From: Ophelia neglecta
Taxonomy: Eukaryota
Direction: 5' to 3'
Assembly: GCA_965285935.1 (NCBI GenBank)
Contig: OZ260665.1
Location: 32,674,001 to 32,738,000 of the forward strand
Length of the DNA stretch: 64,000 bases
The notes under the pieces were generated by a model, which saw nothing but the letters and a program-made list of their open reading frames with translations, was not told where the DNA came from and did not search any database. The translations under genes and the position numbers were made by a program. Shown piece after piece: positions 36,635 to 50,900 of this stretch (position 1 is the first letter of the stretch; every line of letters starts with the position of its first letter).

Positions 36635-39600
36635 CTGCAAAGGAAGAACAAACCTGTCAAGGAATTTCTGGTGGTGCAAAAAAAAACCGTTATTAATTGC
36701 ATTCACAGAAAACACGATGACAAATGATGGTGATTATCGTACAGTCCAAAGCTCGAGAAAAACGCATCGATTAATCACGGCACGGCAGCGGCTTTCTAAG
36801 GAACCAATAGTTTTGGGTAGAACTGACATCTTTTGACTTTAGTATCGTTGTAATGAGACAATTATGAACTAATCTGAACGCGACCATTCTCCATCATAAT
36901 GGAACTGGTATTCCATCTGACAAAGAACATGCTTAAAAATCAATTGCGATGCAATGAGTAGTAAGGCGAGTTAAATAAGACACATGGTATAGTTTTCCTG
37001 AAACGTAGCAGAAGCAAATCCGTGTAAAATTGCGAAACCAAAGAATGAAGGATCATGATGTACTTCTTAAATTCATTGTTGAAAAAAAAAGCTTTCCAAA
37101 GCATAATGCTTCATGTCGTTCTCATGGACCGGTGTTTAAAAAAAACCAAGCAAAGGAAGTCGCAATTTGCTATAAATAGAAATTTATCCAGCCGATAGGG
37201 GAAACGATTAAGAACACATCCGATACTAACGAGAGCAAATGAGCGATATTGAGGAAAATAACTGGCACTGTAGGTCCGTTTGAACAAGTCTTTCATCTTA
37301 ACAGTTAGTTACTGAGACAGGAACGAGGAATTACTAGATTAATCTTCAAAGAAACACATACTGCTGTTGGGTAATTTGGAATCAGACATATATATGTACT
37401 TGTGTGCTATAACCGTTAGTATATTCAGCCCCAAACCACAGTTGGCTTATTTTAGAAATGTTGGTTGCAGATGAAGTATGCACCTCATATATTGTGAATT
37501 ATTTAATAATGGGACGCCTTGGGATTTTCGTAGCAAAGGCACTCAAAGTGACGATGAAACATGAGTGTGATAATCTGATAATGGGAATAAAACGTATCAC
37601 TTGACACAAATCATACAAGGAACACGAAACAACTGATCAAGCACGTTTAAGTCTTGTTTTTCAAAAGCAAGATTTTCCAGGCTTACTTTTTACTTTGACA
37701 TTTTAGTCGGTCGGGACCCTTGAGCCCACATAGGGGTCACAATATTCTGGGGAATATTATATGAAAATGTTTACTGGCTTCTGATATAAGACGTGTATTT
37801 GTCTTACTTATATAATTTGGTAGGAACATAAATGAAAAACTCTTGAAACGAAATTGTCAAAGTAATGGAAGCTCCATGACCGTCTACACATATTATTGTT
37901 TTAAGTACATAGACAGAAATGGTTTATATTTTTATGATCATTCTATAAGAAAATCATAAGAGTAAACACATACAAAAATAGAATGATGATGAGCCCCAAG
38001 GATTCATTATAATGGATATGTAACAAAATCACTGATGTTCCCTCTAGAGCTTGCTGCCATCATCCTATACAGAGGGAGTTAGTTTTTGTGTTATTGGCCT
38101 TTACTGTTTTCTTTATGATATAAAAATAAGTAATGAATTATTTTTCTACGACAAGTCATGCTGTCATGGCAGACACTTTCTCTCGAGTTCTTGTCAAGTT
38201 TCATTGAAGTGTGATTTGCACTGATATGTCCATCTAACGAAGGATGTTAAGAAGTGCTACACATCTGTCTCAAAAACAACATCACACGTTACATTATATT
38301 TTTAATCAGAACTTTTAGCGAATCCCTTTGTAAGATAACATCGTATTTCCCTTGGTTAACTTAAATGTTTGTGTATACTGGCAGGGATGAACCGAAGTCT
38401 TAATTTCTGTAGACACCGGATATTAAGGTATATTTAGCCAGGGATGATATTGACATTTCGACAATTGCTTAGTTTTGATTGTCTATTCGGGCAGATAATC
38501 ATCTGACCGATTTTTATTCGCTTTGATTTTGCACCTGCCTGAAATGCACAATTTCCATTGTTTTAATGAATTAAAATAAAATAAATGAGGTTGATTTTGT
38601 CGTACTCAGTGCGCATTACAAGATCATAAGCACCGAGTGTGTCACACTAGAAATGTTCCTAACACATATTTCATCCTTTAGCCCTTATGTCTTTATGATA
38701 CACCGTCTCGTCGTCCGAAAAGGAGACATCCGGAATTAACCACGACAGAACATTTCTAGCGCTACACCAAAAATACCTGTTTCCGTCGACGATTAAAAGA
38801 TAGCATACATGTATATATTCTGCCCTTGAGGCATTGCTTGAACCTGATCAGCTCACCCATCCCTATATGGTATGCGCTCTGATATTTGCATGGATTCTAA
38901 GACCCGCCTGATCAAAATCAGCTCTCTTCAGATAATAAAGGCCAAATTTTGAAATACTTTTCGTTGGTGAATATGCTTAAAAGTCACATAGCACGTTTTA
39001 CGAAGCAATCGTTAACTGCTTCTTAGAAATCTGAAAAGGAGAGCTTCAAAATTCATTTCATTCAGAACTGTGCAGGAGAAAACATTCTTACTAATATTCT
39101 TCAAAACAAGATAGGTTTGTAATTCTGTTTATCTAGCCTAATGACCAGAGCGAACTTGATTGAAAGCAGTGCTTTACACCGAAATGAGCTTTCGTTAATG
39201 ATATACACAGGTAATTAATTTCAGATGAAAGATAATGGAACATTATAAACTTAGGCCAAGGATAATAAAGATTTTATTATTTCACATTTATACCATTATA
39301 TCAGATTCCCATAGTCATAATAACCGATTCCCTCTATCCTTCATATAACTATTGTAATGCAAAAAAATCTAAAGGGTGTGAATTTTTTTTTTATAAAGCT
39401 GCACAGAAGAACAGCTTATTGCATTTGTGCTTATTAAAAATAATAAAGGCTACATAATCCTGTATAAATAAGAAAACATATCATCGCTTAATCTACATTA
39501 TTTTATAGAGCATTGGTGAAAAGCACCTGACAAAATAAAGAAATGTCTAATATATGCAAATGTCCTTGTGGACAGTTTTCTTTGGTCTAAGTAGACTGCA

Positions 39601-42600
39601 AATGGCTGTCCCGTGCAACGCAAGCTTTAGTGGACTAGATCTACAATGATTAGTTATCAATAATTATAATTGGTCATATTTTAGAAGTGCTACAAACCCT
39701 CAGGTTTATACAACACATAAAGATATAAAGAACTCCATTTCCGTGTAAGGTATGTAGAGAATAAATGACATAAATGTGCTTATTTTAAAAATGAAACAAT
39801 AATGTCAATGAAACATCCAGACATAGCCATATAGTAGATTATTTTCACGTTCTTCTCGATTTCAGAGCCATGAGCTTATGAACACATGACAACACTAGTC
39901 CAACCGCCTGACTAAAGCTCGTCTTTTCACCATACATCATGCGCGAAAATCGCTGATCAGTCCTCATAAAACGTCCATTATATCCTTCACAGTGTCAATT
40001 TTTAGGTGTCTATCATACAGCCAAGTTATCGCACTGCTCTAATCTCAGAAAAATAACGCGGCGCTCTAACATTATTAACCCTCGAGGGATGGGGCTGAAG
40101 GTTGGGGGTTACTTAACCATCCTCGGGGGTGGGGGGGGGGGGGGGTTAAAGAAAAAATATAGTTGTGCCTCTTGGATTTGATATCATACTCATCCATGTA
40201 AAAATGCTTGAGAAATAAAGTGAAACCTGTCTAAAGAGATCCGACAGAGCTTTGGAAACTGACCGCAATATGTAGGTGTCATTGATAAGCAGGTCAGCTA
40301 GTACAGGTAGAATAGGTCATGTGCGTGAACTAATCAGAGAAATTATCACAAATTTCACCGAGGCTATGGCACATATTAGTCGGAGGAACATTTAGCAGTC
40401 AATGTAAATTTAATCATGTATCTGTCATTCATTATTGTCGACCCACTAATGTAAAATTAACGAAAAACTGGAAACATTCGTGTGAGAAAAGCTCAAAAAA
40501 GGTCCCCACACACGTAAATCTATGTCCTTAAAACCCCACCGATGCAAGCGGCACAATCACGCCTCATGCCTATAAATTGTAGCTTCCCTCCCCCCCCCCC
40601 CCCTCCCACTCGAGTAACTAAGGACATACCTGGAAGACCGTATCAAGCCACACACAGGCACACATCTCCGTTAATTATACCAAGAATATGCAAACGGGAG
40701 AGATTTTTGTTCGGTAAAACGTAATAATACTACTAAAAAAGTAATTAACTAAAGATTAGGCCTACTTCCATTAAGGAAGCTAAGTGTCGTTCCCAAGCTG
40801 GAACCACAAAAGCGAAGAAGGCAGATGAGAAATTGCTTAAGCTTACAAGTCTATAGTTATCTGATTTACTATTTCCCGTTCGTGCTATTAACAGAAAGCT
40901 AAATGTACAACATTATCAAAATGAAGATACATCTGGAACAAAATATACAGCGTGTCAGTAAGTGGTATCTTGCAAACTTACAACAATAAATGTAAATGAC
41001 TTCGTGGCGACCTACATGAAAATTAAAGGATCTGGCGAAGCTTCATCTAGATGAAAGTTTGGGCAGTTGTCTGGTCAATCATTTATTATTGTCAGGGGCG
41101 GTGATGACTAAGATTGATGTCTGACTTATGGACGAGCTAAACTATTTTATATATCACTACGGGAAAGCCTTTTTCTATGTCAATTCTTTCGCTGTATCCT
41201 TCACCATTTGCAAAAGCAGGCATATATCGCCTATTGATATGCATCCATGGGAACACAGTGGTATATGGTTTGCAGGAGAGAACTATTGTCACGATAGGGC
41301 CTCCCATAAAGATCAAAAATAGCGCTCCAAATTGCGTATGAAAAAACATAATCGAACTTTCCTTTATCTACAAGTGGTGTAGTCCTGCAACAATCAGTGT
41401 TTAATTGCATATCGAAACGAACAACTAGCTCCATATCAGCAAATCCACGCACATGTCAATCTCTGTTACCTTGGTAGACAGACCGTAAAAACTAGGCCTA
41501 TGCAAAAATTCATCTTTTTGTTCGTGAAGTAAGTAAAATGGTAATTTTGGTTAATTTTATTTCATGTCACATCTTGAACTAATTTGCGTGTAAGACCATA
41601 GTAGGTTGATGTCATAGAACTGTGTTCAACTCCTCATTGAAGCCAACTTGTCATTAGACTCGTGTAAACGCAAATGATACCATAATAATGACAATAAACA
41701 ACTAATAATTATGGTTGGTCATTTGTTGCTCACCATGTGACGCGTGTCAGCACGGAACACGATTTCCTTTAAGAAGTAATCCCCAAGATGCTAGCTTAGA
41801 TTAATGTCTGATCAATCTCGGATAATACTTTCATTATGTGTATATAGCATCTCTCAAAACTTTCATAGGGGGGCCTAATACAACTCTGAAACATCAGCTA
41901 AACTTTTGAATACTTGTGACTGCTTTATGGGTAAAAAAAACATATAACTATATATCATCAAACTACTGAGGATATTATATTGGACACAAATACTCCAGGA
42001 ACCTTATTCCACCCTAGAGTTACTTGAAGAGGAATAAATCCCACATTCAAAGCACGATTAGTTGGTACTATTCTAATGGGTTTTATATATGTAGCCGATA
42101 AATAGTTTCGGTGATGGAAAAGCCCAGGTTTATGAGAAACAAAGCCCGAGGGCACCGTCGACTGGCAGAAAGTACTGCAGAATTGTTAGACACAGAACCC
42201 CCTGACTTAACAATCACATTAAGTGTACAATGGAGGCTTGAGTTAAACCGGTCTAGCTGCACATTATGCCCTGAAAGTATGTTATATTGTGATTGTAAAA
42301 TCATTTGGAAACGTCAAAGCTTTCTCTGAAGTTTCCGATAACCCACCATTGCAAAGCAGGCAATGTCGCAGCCACAAGACGGATTGTTGATAATCAAATT
42401 CTTCATTCTTAGTTTAGCGACAACTCTTGCTGCTTCTATCTCCTTCAATACACTTCTAATATCAGAAATTTCAATTTTTTAACAAAGGAGACAGCCGGAC
42501 GAGAAGATTAAAGCGCGGGAATTAACCATTCGCCACAAATGCATTTAGGTTCTGGAGAAATCGAAGACTATGTAGAACCCCGTTGTTATTGAGAAGCAAC

Positions 42601-42912
42601 GATGGCATTTACCGATTGTTCAGAGTGTCATGCTATAATTAAGACGAGGAAATACTACCTTTTGGGAGACGGTTTTAATCGAGAGAGCATTGTAAGTCTA
42701 TTTACTGAAACAAAAGTTGTTGTACGTTTTACTGCAGTGTTTGATTGGGAACTTGCAAGCAAACATTGCTCAAATATTTTCACTGCACTACAATGAGCTT
42801 GACAGTGTTTTCAATCGGCGAGAGAGATCGGCGTTTGGCAAGCTCAAACGCTGAAACATCTATTATGGAAAAAAAATAAAGGGTGAGGACCGTTTAGGTT
42901 AAATCTACTTAC

Positions 42913-43770
42913 CTTTTTCTTGTTTTTGTTCATGATGGCGTCCCGAGAATCCATTGCGGATCCAGGCGCCTTTGTCAGCCAAATTTTGTGCATGATTCGG
43001 AAGTAGGCAAAACTGATTATCAGCAGAGGAAAAAAGTATTGAACAATCACCACATAAAGTCGATAGAGCTTCCCTAGATTGGCCCATTTAACTTCGGGAA
43101 ACTGGGGTGAACAAAAGGGCTTTTCGGCGCCAAGCAGCACTCCATCCGGGACGTAAATGACCTTAAAAACGACAGCTGGCGGGATGCTGGAACCCAGGGA
43201 AAACGCCCATACTACTAGCATCACTAGTTTGGCAGTTTTGCTGGTACAACGTGGCTTGAGCGGATAAATAACGGCACGATATCTGTCTATACCGATTATG
43301 GTGAGAGTGATGATACTAACGTTCACACTCAGTTCCTTGACAAAGGGAGCCGCGGGGCACAGAAAGTGAGGTAAGTCCCAGCGTTGTAACAGAGCAGCTT
43401 GGAACTGAAAAGGTATACTTAGTATTCCTATCATCACGTCCGCTACACTAAGATTGGCAATAAAGAAATTTGTCACAGTGTGCATGCTCTTATTTTTCAG
43501 GATAACAAGTATGACTAGAAAATTGCCGGTGACTGAAATCACTGATATTGAGCCATAAAGAATTGAGAGAAGAACCACCAGTCCGGGGGTCACGTTATAT
43601 AGATTGTCAGCATACACAGTCTTATTTGACTCAGTTTCAAAACTGGTGTTTAGGAAAAAATCTGCCACCGAGCCAATGTACGATGTATTCTTTGCTTCCA
43701 TGTCACCCGAAAGAGGCAGAAATAAACTAGAATTGTCTGATGGTAGGAATTCACTGAGTAGACTCGCCAT
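42913..43770 (-). CDS. Lkr: Kinin (leucokinin/lymnokinin)-receptor-family GPCR, coding exon 1 (N-terminus to ICL3; TM1-TM5)
   Basis: First in-frame ATG at 43770 (in-frame TAA at 43807-43809 upstream). Motifs GNFLVI (TM1), TNFFIANLSVAD (TM2), IPFQFQAALLQRW (characteristic of kinin receptors), IDRY, FFPLLIISFAY (TM5). Several N-x-S/T sequons in the N-terminus. Ends AAG|GTAAGT donor at 42912, phase 0; 858 nt. Confidence 0.93.
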
Positions 43771-44536
43771 TGAAGGAATATCTCTTACTCTATGTAGTGT
43801 ATCCACTTAAGAGCCTCAAAGACACATCTTTAGAGCGGCGTTGAGGAGAATCATAAAAAAAGTGTTATGATAACAAGCCAATCTGTGGCAAAATGGTCAA
43901 TCAATTTACCCGACTGAGGCAAGGCACAGAAAGTTTGTACTGCTCGAGTCGTTTTACGTTCACCAATGCGCCTTGCGCATGCTAAACCGTTTTCCATTCT
44001 TGGAGTATGCGATCAGGCGCTGGTTTCGAGTCAGGCTCAATGTGCATAAGCAGCCTGAAGATGATTGGTGGCTTGGGCACCTTTGTGTCGGAGACGGTGC
44101 TCGATGATTACGGTGCTTCCCTCTAACGGAGATCTCTAAAGATTGCTATGTACTCGGCAGGAATACTTTCAGTTCTTTCCAATACACCCATCAATGGATT
44201 AAATTGGCTGCAATAGAACAAGCATTTTACAAAGATTTTTATTTACTTTCGTACACGTAAAATGTACACGAAAATATATTTTAATAAGGCCTTGTACCTT
44301 TGTTATAGTTCTACCACACCGATTGGAACTTAAATTGCTTAACAGGTCAAGTGAAAGCAATTTTATGGGTCTATGAGAAATACTGATAATGGTATCCTCA
44401 AGGACCTTACCGCTCAGAAAGGCAGGCCTGTAAAATAACCTCTCTTAACAGTCAGTTTCATTTTAAAATAAAATAACATGTAGGACTCAAAGTTAAAATC
44501 AGAAAGCTAAGTCAGGTGCCGGGAACTAGTTAGCTA

Positions 44537-44981
44537 CGGTGGCAGAGATTGAACAAAGCGGCCAGAGCCTTCCACGTTCGCCCTTGTCACGACCCCGGCA
44601 GACGACTGACCTTACGGTATGTTTTTTCCATATTTGAGTAGATTCTGCTGGGTATACGTTTCATTGGAAGTCATGTTTCTGAGGCGCGTGGGCGCTCTGT
44701 CGAAAATTGCTATCGCACAAAAAGTGGTATTTTTCTAGCTAAATCGTTTGGTGTGAATAAACTACTAAGCATGGTATCAGCCAGAAAAAAATAACGGCTT
44801 CCAATGAAACGTAAGACAAACGGGTCGCTTTCAAGTCCAATCTAATGATATGTAATTATAAATTTACTTTAGGGCAATGTGCTGAAATATCGAAAGACTT
44901 TTTTAAGGTCAGTCGACTGCCGGGGTCGTGACAAGGGCGAACTCGAAAGGCTCCGGTCTCTTTGTTCAAGCTCTGCCACCG
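44537..44981. mobile_element. MITE with ~78-bp TIRs and TA TSD (Tc1/mariner-type)
   Basis: TA|CGGTGGCAGAG..CCCTTGTCACGACCCCGGCAG..GACTGACCTTA mirrored at 44904-44981|TA. Second internal inverted pair TACGTTTCATTGGAAG / CTTCCAATGAAACGTA. Confidence 0.88.
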
Positions 44982-47900
44982 TATTATCTGTTTACACTAT
45001 TGTACGCCATCACTTATCGCCCTTAGCCTACCATTATTCACTCTAGCAAAATTGGAGCAATCTTGTTCCATTGGACCAATTTTCATCACATGTGACATTT
45101 ACTAATGGCGATGTATCGAATGTTCCATTATTATCAGTCTGTATAATCCGCAATCATGGATATTTGATAAAGCTCATATAAATATAAGCTACTCCTTTCA
45201 TCGATGAAATGGACAAACAAGCAAAGACACAAAATACTGATCTTATAAATATGGTAGTTAGCTAATACCAAACAATGTTTTCTTGCACAAAGCCTATACA
45301 TTAAGATAGACGGCGCTAAGTTCAACTTTATAGTAGGCTTATATAATGAATTTGTGTGTCCATGGCTACCAAAGGGCTGCTTCTATTGTGTTACTTAAGT
45401 AATAGCAGATGTCGCCCAGGGACCAGGAACTCATCCATCACCTTCCGATATATCTTCAGCTAATCTGTTTCAGTCTCTTGTCGTCTGCCACGGAATGTGT
45501 TGCTCGTGGTGCTCAAATCAACATCGACCATCACTCTTGTTTTGTTCGTTAACTGACAAAAAATGATTACCTTTCGGTTTTTTGGCCAGCGTTTTTAGCA
45601 TCTGAAGATTAAAACAAATAACTTGTTACTTGTTGCTTCATTTTATCACCGGATTTACAGTTTAAGGAACAAATTCCGACAAAATATCGTATTGCCAAAG
45701 GAGCAGACTTCCACAATTGCAGGTCTCTAGCTCTCCGAAGAGAGCAACTTAAAGTGAAGAGCACATGTAAGGACCTATAGAACTCGTTTTATATTCATGG
45801 CAGTCCTTTAGCTGAGCCCGCCGACTCCCCAGTTCCGCCTACCTATTAGTAATGTCACGGAATAAATCAATTGACTGACGCTTCAATGAGGCTCAGAAGG
45901 TCCTATATCTCCATGAGCTATTCAGGTGTCTCGTTTTTGCTGACTCCCAGGCGATTTTCAACCGATTTGCTTGACTATGCATGGAATTGCCCAACTAATT
46001 GTTATTAATCGATTCCCTGAAGAATAAAAGCATTTTCCCATTGATCTTTTCTGTGATTTGGATTGATTTGGTAAATTCATTTGGCATGTATAAGTTCTCG
46101 TGGATTACATACACATGTAAGATGTTTAGAACTATAGTTAGATGATAAAGCTGTCTTTATGTAATACACCCACATCTTTAGGTTGGCACTCTTGCTTCCT
46201 CTTACTGCTGACGAATATCACACCCCTGTGCTGACACAATTCCAGATGTGCATAGAATATTAATAAATTAGAAGAAAAAAACAATTATTGCATTCTTTGA
46301 AATAACTAAGCATTAGCACCTGAAGAATAGCAAACCTTATTAGCAGCATGACTGTACAACTGTTGAACCTACCTGTTTGGTAATTTTGTCTTTAGAATAA
46401 TTACAAATAAAAACCTATTGTTTAGACATAATATATTCTACATATTTTTAAGGGAAAGTTCAAACTGTTGGCTGAGTTGTAGGTATCTCCTACGGAGCTG
46501 ACCAACTGAATTCATTTTCTTACTGTGACTGTGCATCTGAAGTAAAGTCTTTAACACCTACCACGGTTTCAAACTTTGCATACTACAAGGCTGTACCTGC
46601 CAGCAATATGTAACTATATACGGGGGTCCGCACCTATCTGTTCAGATGAATGTACTGATGTCACTTTCAGCTGGCTGGCAAATTAACCTTATAAAATCAG
46701 ATCAGCCTATGAACGACTTGGCTGTTTGTCATCAGATCGTCTCCTACAGACCACTAGATGGACATATATAGGGTGGACACCCTTATAATGACCCAACGTA
46801 AAAATAGTGTATGTGCTGCTCAGGAGCAGCAAAATATGGTGCTGGCTGCACTTAGATCTGCCAGCCTGCTGGCAAATAAAAACAGATATATATATGAAAC
46901 AGATGTATATATGAAATTTTCTTCATAGTTTTGGCCAATGTTTGAAATTTAAGTCGTTTTGAGCATGTTACATGGAGAGTGGCGCTCGACAACAACGCAC
47001 ACAAATCACCGCATTCAAAGAGTTAACTGTATAATCATACTAGTTAGGCCAATCTCGATTTTCTGGCACCAGTCACTACAAATCATCAGCCACTTATGAT
47101 GTCTTTAATTTCATGTCTCGTGGCCCATCTAATTGAATCCGGGTTCCTGCAAACGGTTTCTATAACAAGATACAAACTCAGTAAGCGAGTGATGTCCTTG
47201 ATCGAGGTACTGGCGGGGTAGGAAGGTGGAGGGGCATCTGGACAACATATCCTCCAAAGTTTGCTTTGAAGATTGTCAATCGTTTGGGGTTGTTGTTTAG
47301 GGGACCACAGCTCTCATACCATAACCTATGTTGTGACACACATCCTACCCCTAGTACCAGACCACACCAATCCTAAGTTATCCCCCGGATACTTTTTTGG
47401 TCACTGTCAATACAATCCAGCAAGTTCAGCCTAGTCCAGGGACATTTGGAATAGATGATAAACCCTTTGTTTATGCGTTTATGTTGACACACTCCTAATA
47501 CGAATAATGATAAATGGCAGAAGCTGTGCAGATCTTCTGATTATATGATATATAAAGATTATTTTAATGTACGTCCTGTGTAGGATAATAAAATAAATAA
47601 ACCATTCATGCAAATTTTGAAGGTTCACACTCCCTTTGAGATATAACACGCAGTTATTTCCATTTCGTTTTATTGCCAATTTCATGACCATTTCCTGCGA
47701 GGTATATTTTCCTGGAATTTGGTAGGAAAGAGCCCAAGTTGGATTTAGCAATTTATTCTTAATATTGGACAATCTATAAAAAACAAATAAAAGCGGCGAT
47801 GGTGTCCTTCTGAGATGGCACCCTTACCCTCTACTTACGCTACTGATTTACAACAAAAGCCACCCCAATTTATTGGCTATCACTACTTGATGTTGCAAAA

Positions 47901-50900
47901 GGAAAATGAGGCCAAGGCAGCGCTGCCTCGTCCTTCTCCCTCGTCCAAATTGCTACATCACCAGCACACCCGCCACCACAGCCGCTTTAAGGTTCTAGAT
48001 GACAATGCAAGGCACCGCCACTGTCGGTGCTGCTACCTCCTCGATCACTTCTTCAAGCCTTCTCACATCTCTGCTATCATGCGATCGTCTCACACAGGAA
48101 TGACTGACTTTAATCAAATAGCACGTACGAAATGAACGTTTCAAAATCACCTGGCTAAAAACTGTCTCTTTTATTAGTCACGTAAACGCGTTTTTTTGCA
48201 TCATAAAGCTTCGGTGCCTAACCGGGGTATCGACCGCCTAGGTGGCTCTGAAGTTGCTCATAAATCAGGTCATGGTGGCTAAGAAATTGTAAGGTGTCAA
48301 CGTTGACGGCTTTCATAAGGTGAGTTAAAATCAGTTGCAATATCCATACAAACACTACCAAGCCACATGGAAAGATTAATGAGCAAGATGAACTATAAGC
48401 TTACACAGCATGAAACACCCGGAGCTTACAATCATGATGAATTCCAAGTTGATATTAGGTCAGTTAATGACTTTAATGAAGATACATGTATGTGTAATAA
48501 TCCCAGTTTGAATGTTCGATTAGCATTGGCAAAATATATCCTTACTCAAACTTTGAACTCGGAACTTATATCGAAACACTAAACCCAATAATTAATAATA
48601 TCTACAATATTCAGGTCATACATGAGTCACTTTCAATTGCTAGATAAGAGGAAAAAACGACATGGATGCCCTACCAGATGAAAATGAAATGATATTTAAT
48701 AAACTTGATATCTGTTCCAGTGACCTTGGGAAGCATAATGTGGTAAATTACAATCGACCAGTCGTCATTTTCTTATCGTCTTTAACGTTTTGGAGGGATA
48801 TATTTTTTTGCCTGCTTCAACTAAACTATTATTTGTAAATACTAATTGGAATTTAGAAAAAATCCCGGTACCAACGGCACTTTTGTTTTAATTGATAACA
48901 TAAGGCAAATTCTTAAGGATGCGGATTTAGTGTATGCGATGCCTTTAGACTCCACAGTAGCTTTTGACCATTTTAATAATAAAATTGAAAAAATAGGGGA
49001 TACGTAGGGGGAGGGGGCAATATAAATGATGGGTAAGCAGATGACTAACATTTTTATTTATTTATCAAAGTTGATCATGTGTTTAGTTCAGCAGGTGTCA
49101 AAGCTAAATCCATACCTTTTGCTAATGTCAGTAGCATAAAACGTGTCTCTGCACTATCAGTTAATGTAACATCTCTGTGACGATAATACTTTTATGTCTG
49201 TAGATGCGCTTAACATGTGCTAATTAATAATATGTATGGCAAACTAAATTACTGGTCAGTAGACCCTTTATTGAACCAAAAACCTTAATATGCAAACAAC
49301 CAATATCGAGCCGATATATAAAGTTATTGTCAAACAACTTTGACTTATGAACAAGATGAATGTTCTAAAAACGAACTTTCTGCAATGCAGTCTCGGGCTT
49401 ACAATAAAGATATTAAAGCAATCAAATAAACACGAAACAAATATTTTCAGTATAATGCAGCGTCCGCTTTGTCAGAGTGAAGCCGTTTGGAAACAAATCG
49501 AGCAAAAATCTGATAGCTTTCAGAGCGCCAGTGTTTTCAAGACTGACAAGAAGGCGTGTGAATGTCACATTGGCAGGGATCATTCTCAGAGTCCAATCTC
49601 AGGGGAACATAGTCGGCTTTGTTTATTAAGTTCAAGACCCTGTCACGTTGATTTGTGGAGCCATAGTTTAACACAATTGAAAGGGAATATATCTCCACTA
49701 GCCACTGAATGATATATGTTTGTTGTTTCCCAAAAGCAGTTATAATCTGAAGTCTAGAGTCGTTGCCTCCATTAATATTGTGAACCGGATTTACACAATT
49801 ACGTATATGAATTCAATTTATCGGTCAAAATATGTTTTTTTTTCGGCACTGCAGACAAGCTTCTATAAATCCTTGGTTTCGATATTTGGCCTTATTGTCC
49901 ATCACCGTGAAAATTGAGAGAATTAACTATCATCTTCGAGGCAATAGGAGCCCGAGCACCTTTCCATGTGATCATCAGCCAAATATCAAACGGCTGATGA
50001 AAGGTGTTTTTACAGACAGATTGGTCAAATACATGCGTCATCCCAACGGTAGATTACTGTTGCCCAAATTACCATTTTATTCAAACTGTTACTAGCATCA
50101 TTGATTTTGCATCGTATCCTCCGTGGATTAACAAGGTAAACAGCATTCTTTAATCCAACAAAACGCCGGACTCGCAGATGCTTAGAAGTGAGCTGTGGTG
50201 AATCCCCGGGAGGCATAAGAATAGACTACCAAGAAAAGGTCATCATTTTGTCTTGAGCTAAGAAAACAATGCTAATTATTTTCCCAGGTGTGGGATATTT
50301 CATATTACTCTCGTACAATTTTCTTTCATGTTTAGTTATTGCGTGTTTGTAATAAGGCATACAGGACATAGCACCGAGACCGCATAAGAGAAGAAAATCT
50401 CACATGTATCAATTATTACTGATGGAAGTTGCTAGCTTCAACACATCATTAGTCACAGAGCTATGGGTACAATCACATAAAACATATAAAGCGGATATTT
50501 TCATATGTCATCATTTTCGACTGTATTCAATTTTTGGTTATTTTTCAAATTAAACTTAATGTTGTTATACTGAGATATGCAATTTTATCCCGGTCATTCA
50601 TATGCAATTCGATACCATTGTCAATTGTAACATAATCTTCGCATCGTAGGTACCAGGCCTAATAATCGTTTTATACCAAATAAACGAATGTATTTTTCTA
50701 TTCATACGGTTTTATCAGAGGTCTTCATGTCGAAGATTTCTTCTTCATTACTCACTTATTTACTGAAATATGGTTGCCTTATTATGCAAACATCAAGATT
50801 TTATGTGTTTATTACCTACCCTTGGCATGGTAAACTTGTGTTTTTTCAGGATTATTGGTATAATTACATTTTCTTAAATCACAGTATGAGAGCTGGCGTA

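Noticed and set aside
42844-43806. Single-exon 320-aa GPCR as given by the ORF track
   Set aside because: It begins at GTG, lacks TM6-7 and reads through a GTAAGT donor at 42912. The remaining helices are in downstream exons.
49950-49980. Hammerhead ribozyme on the minus strand (CTGATGA..GAAA)
   Set aside because: No convincing stem II, I or III pairing.
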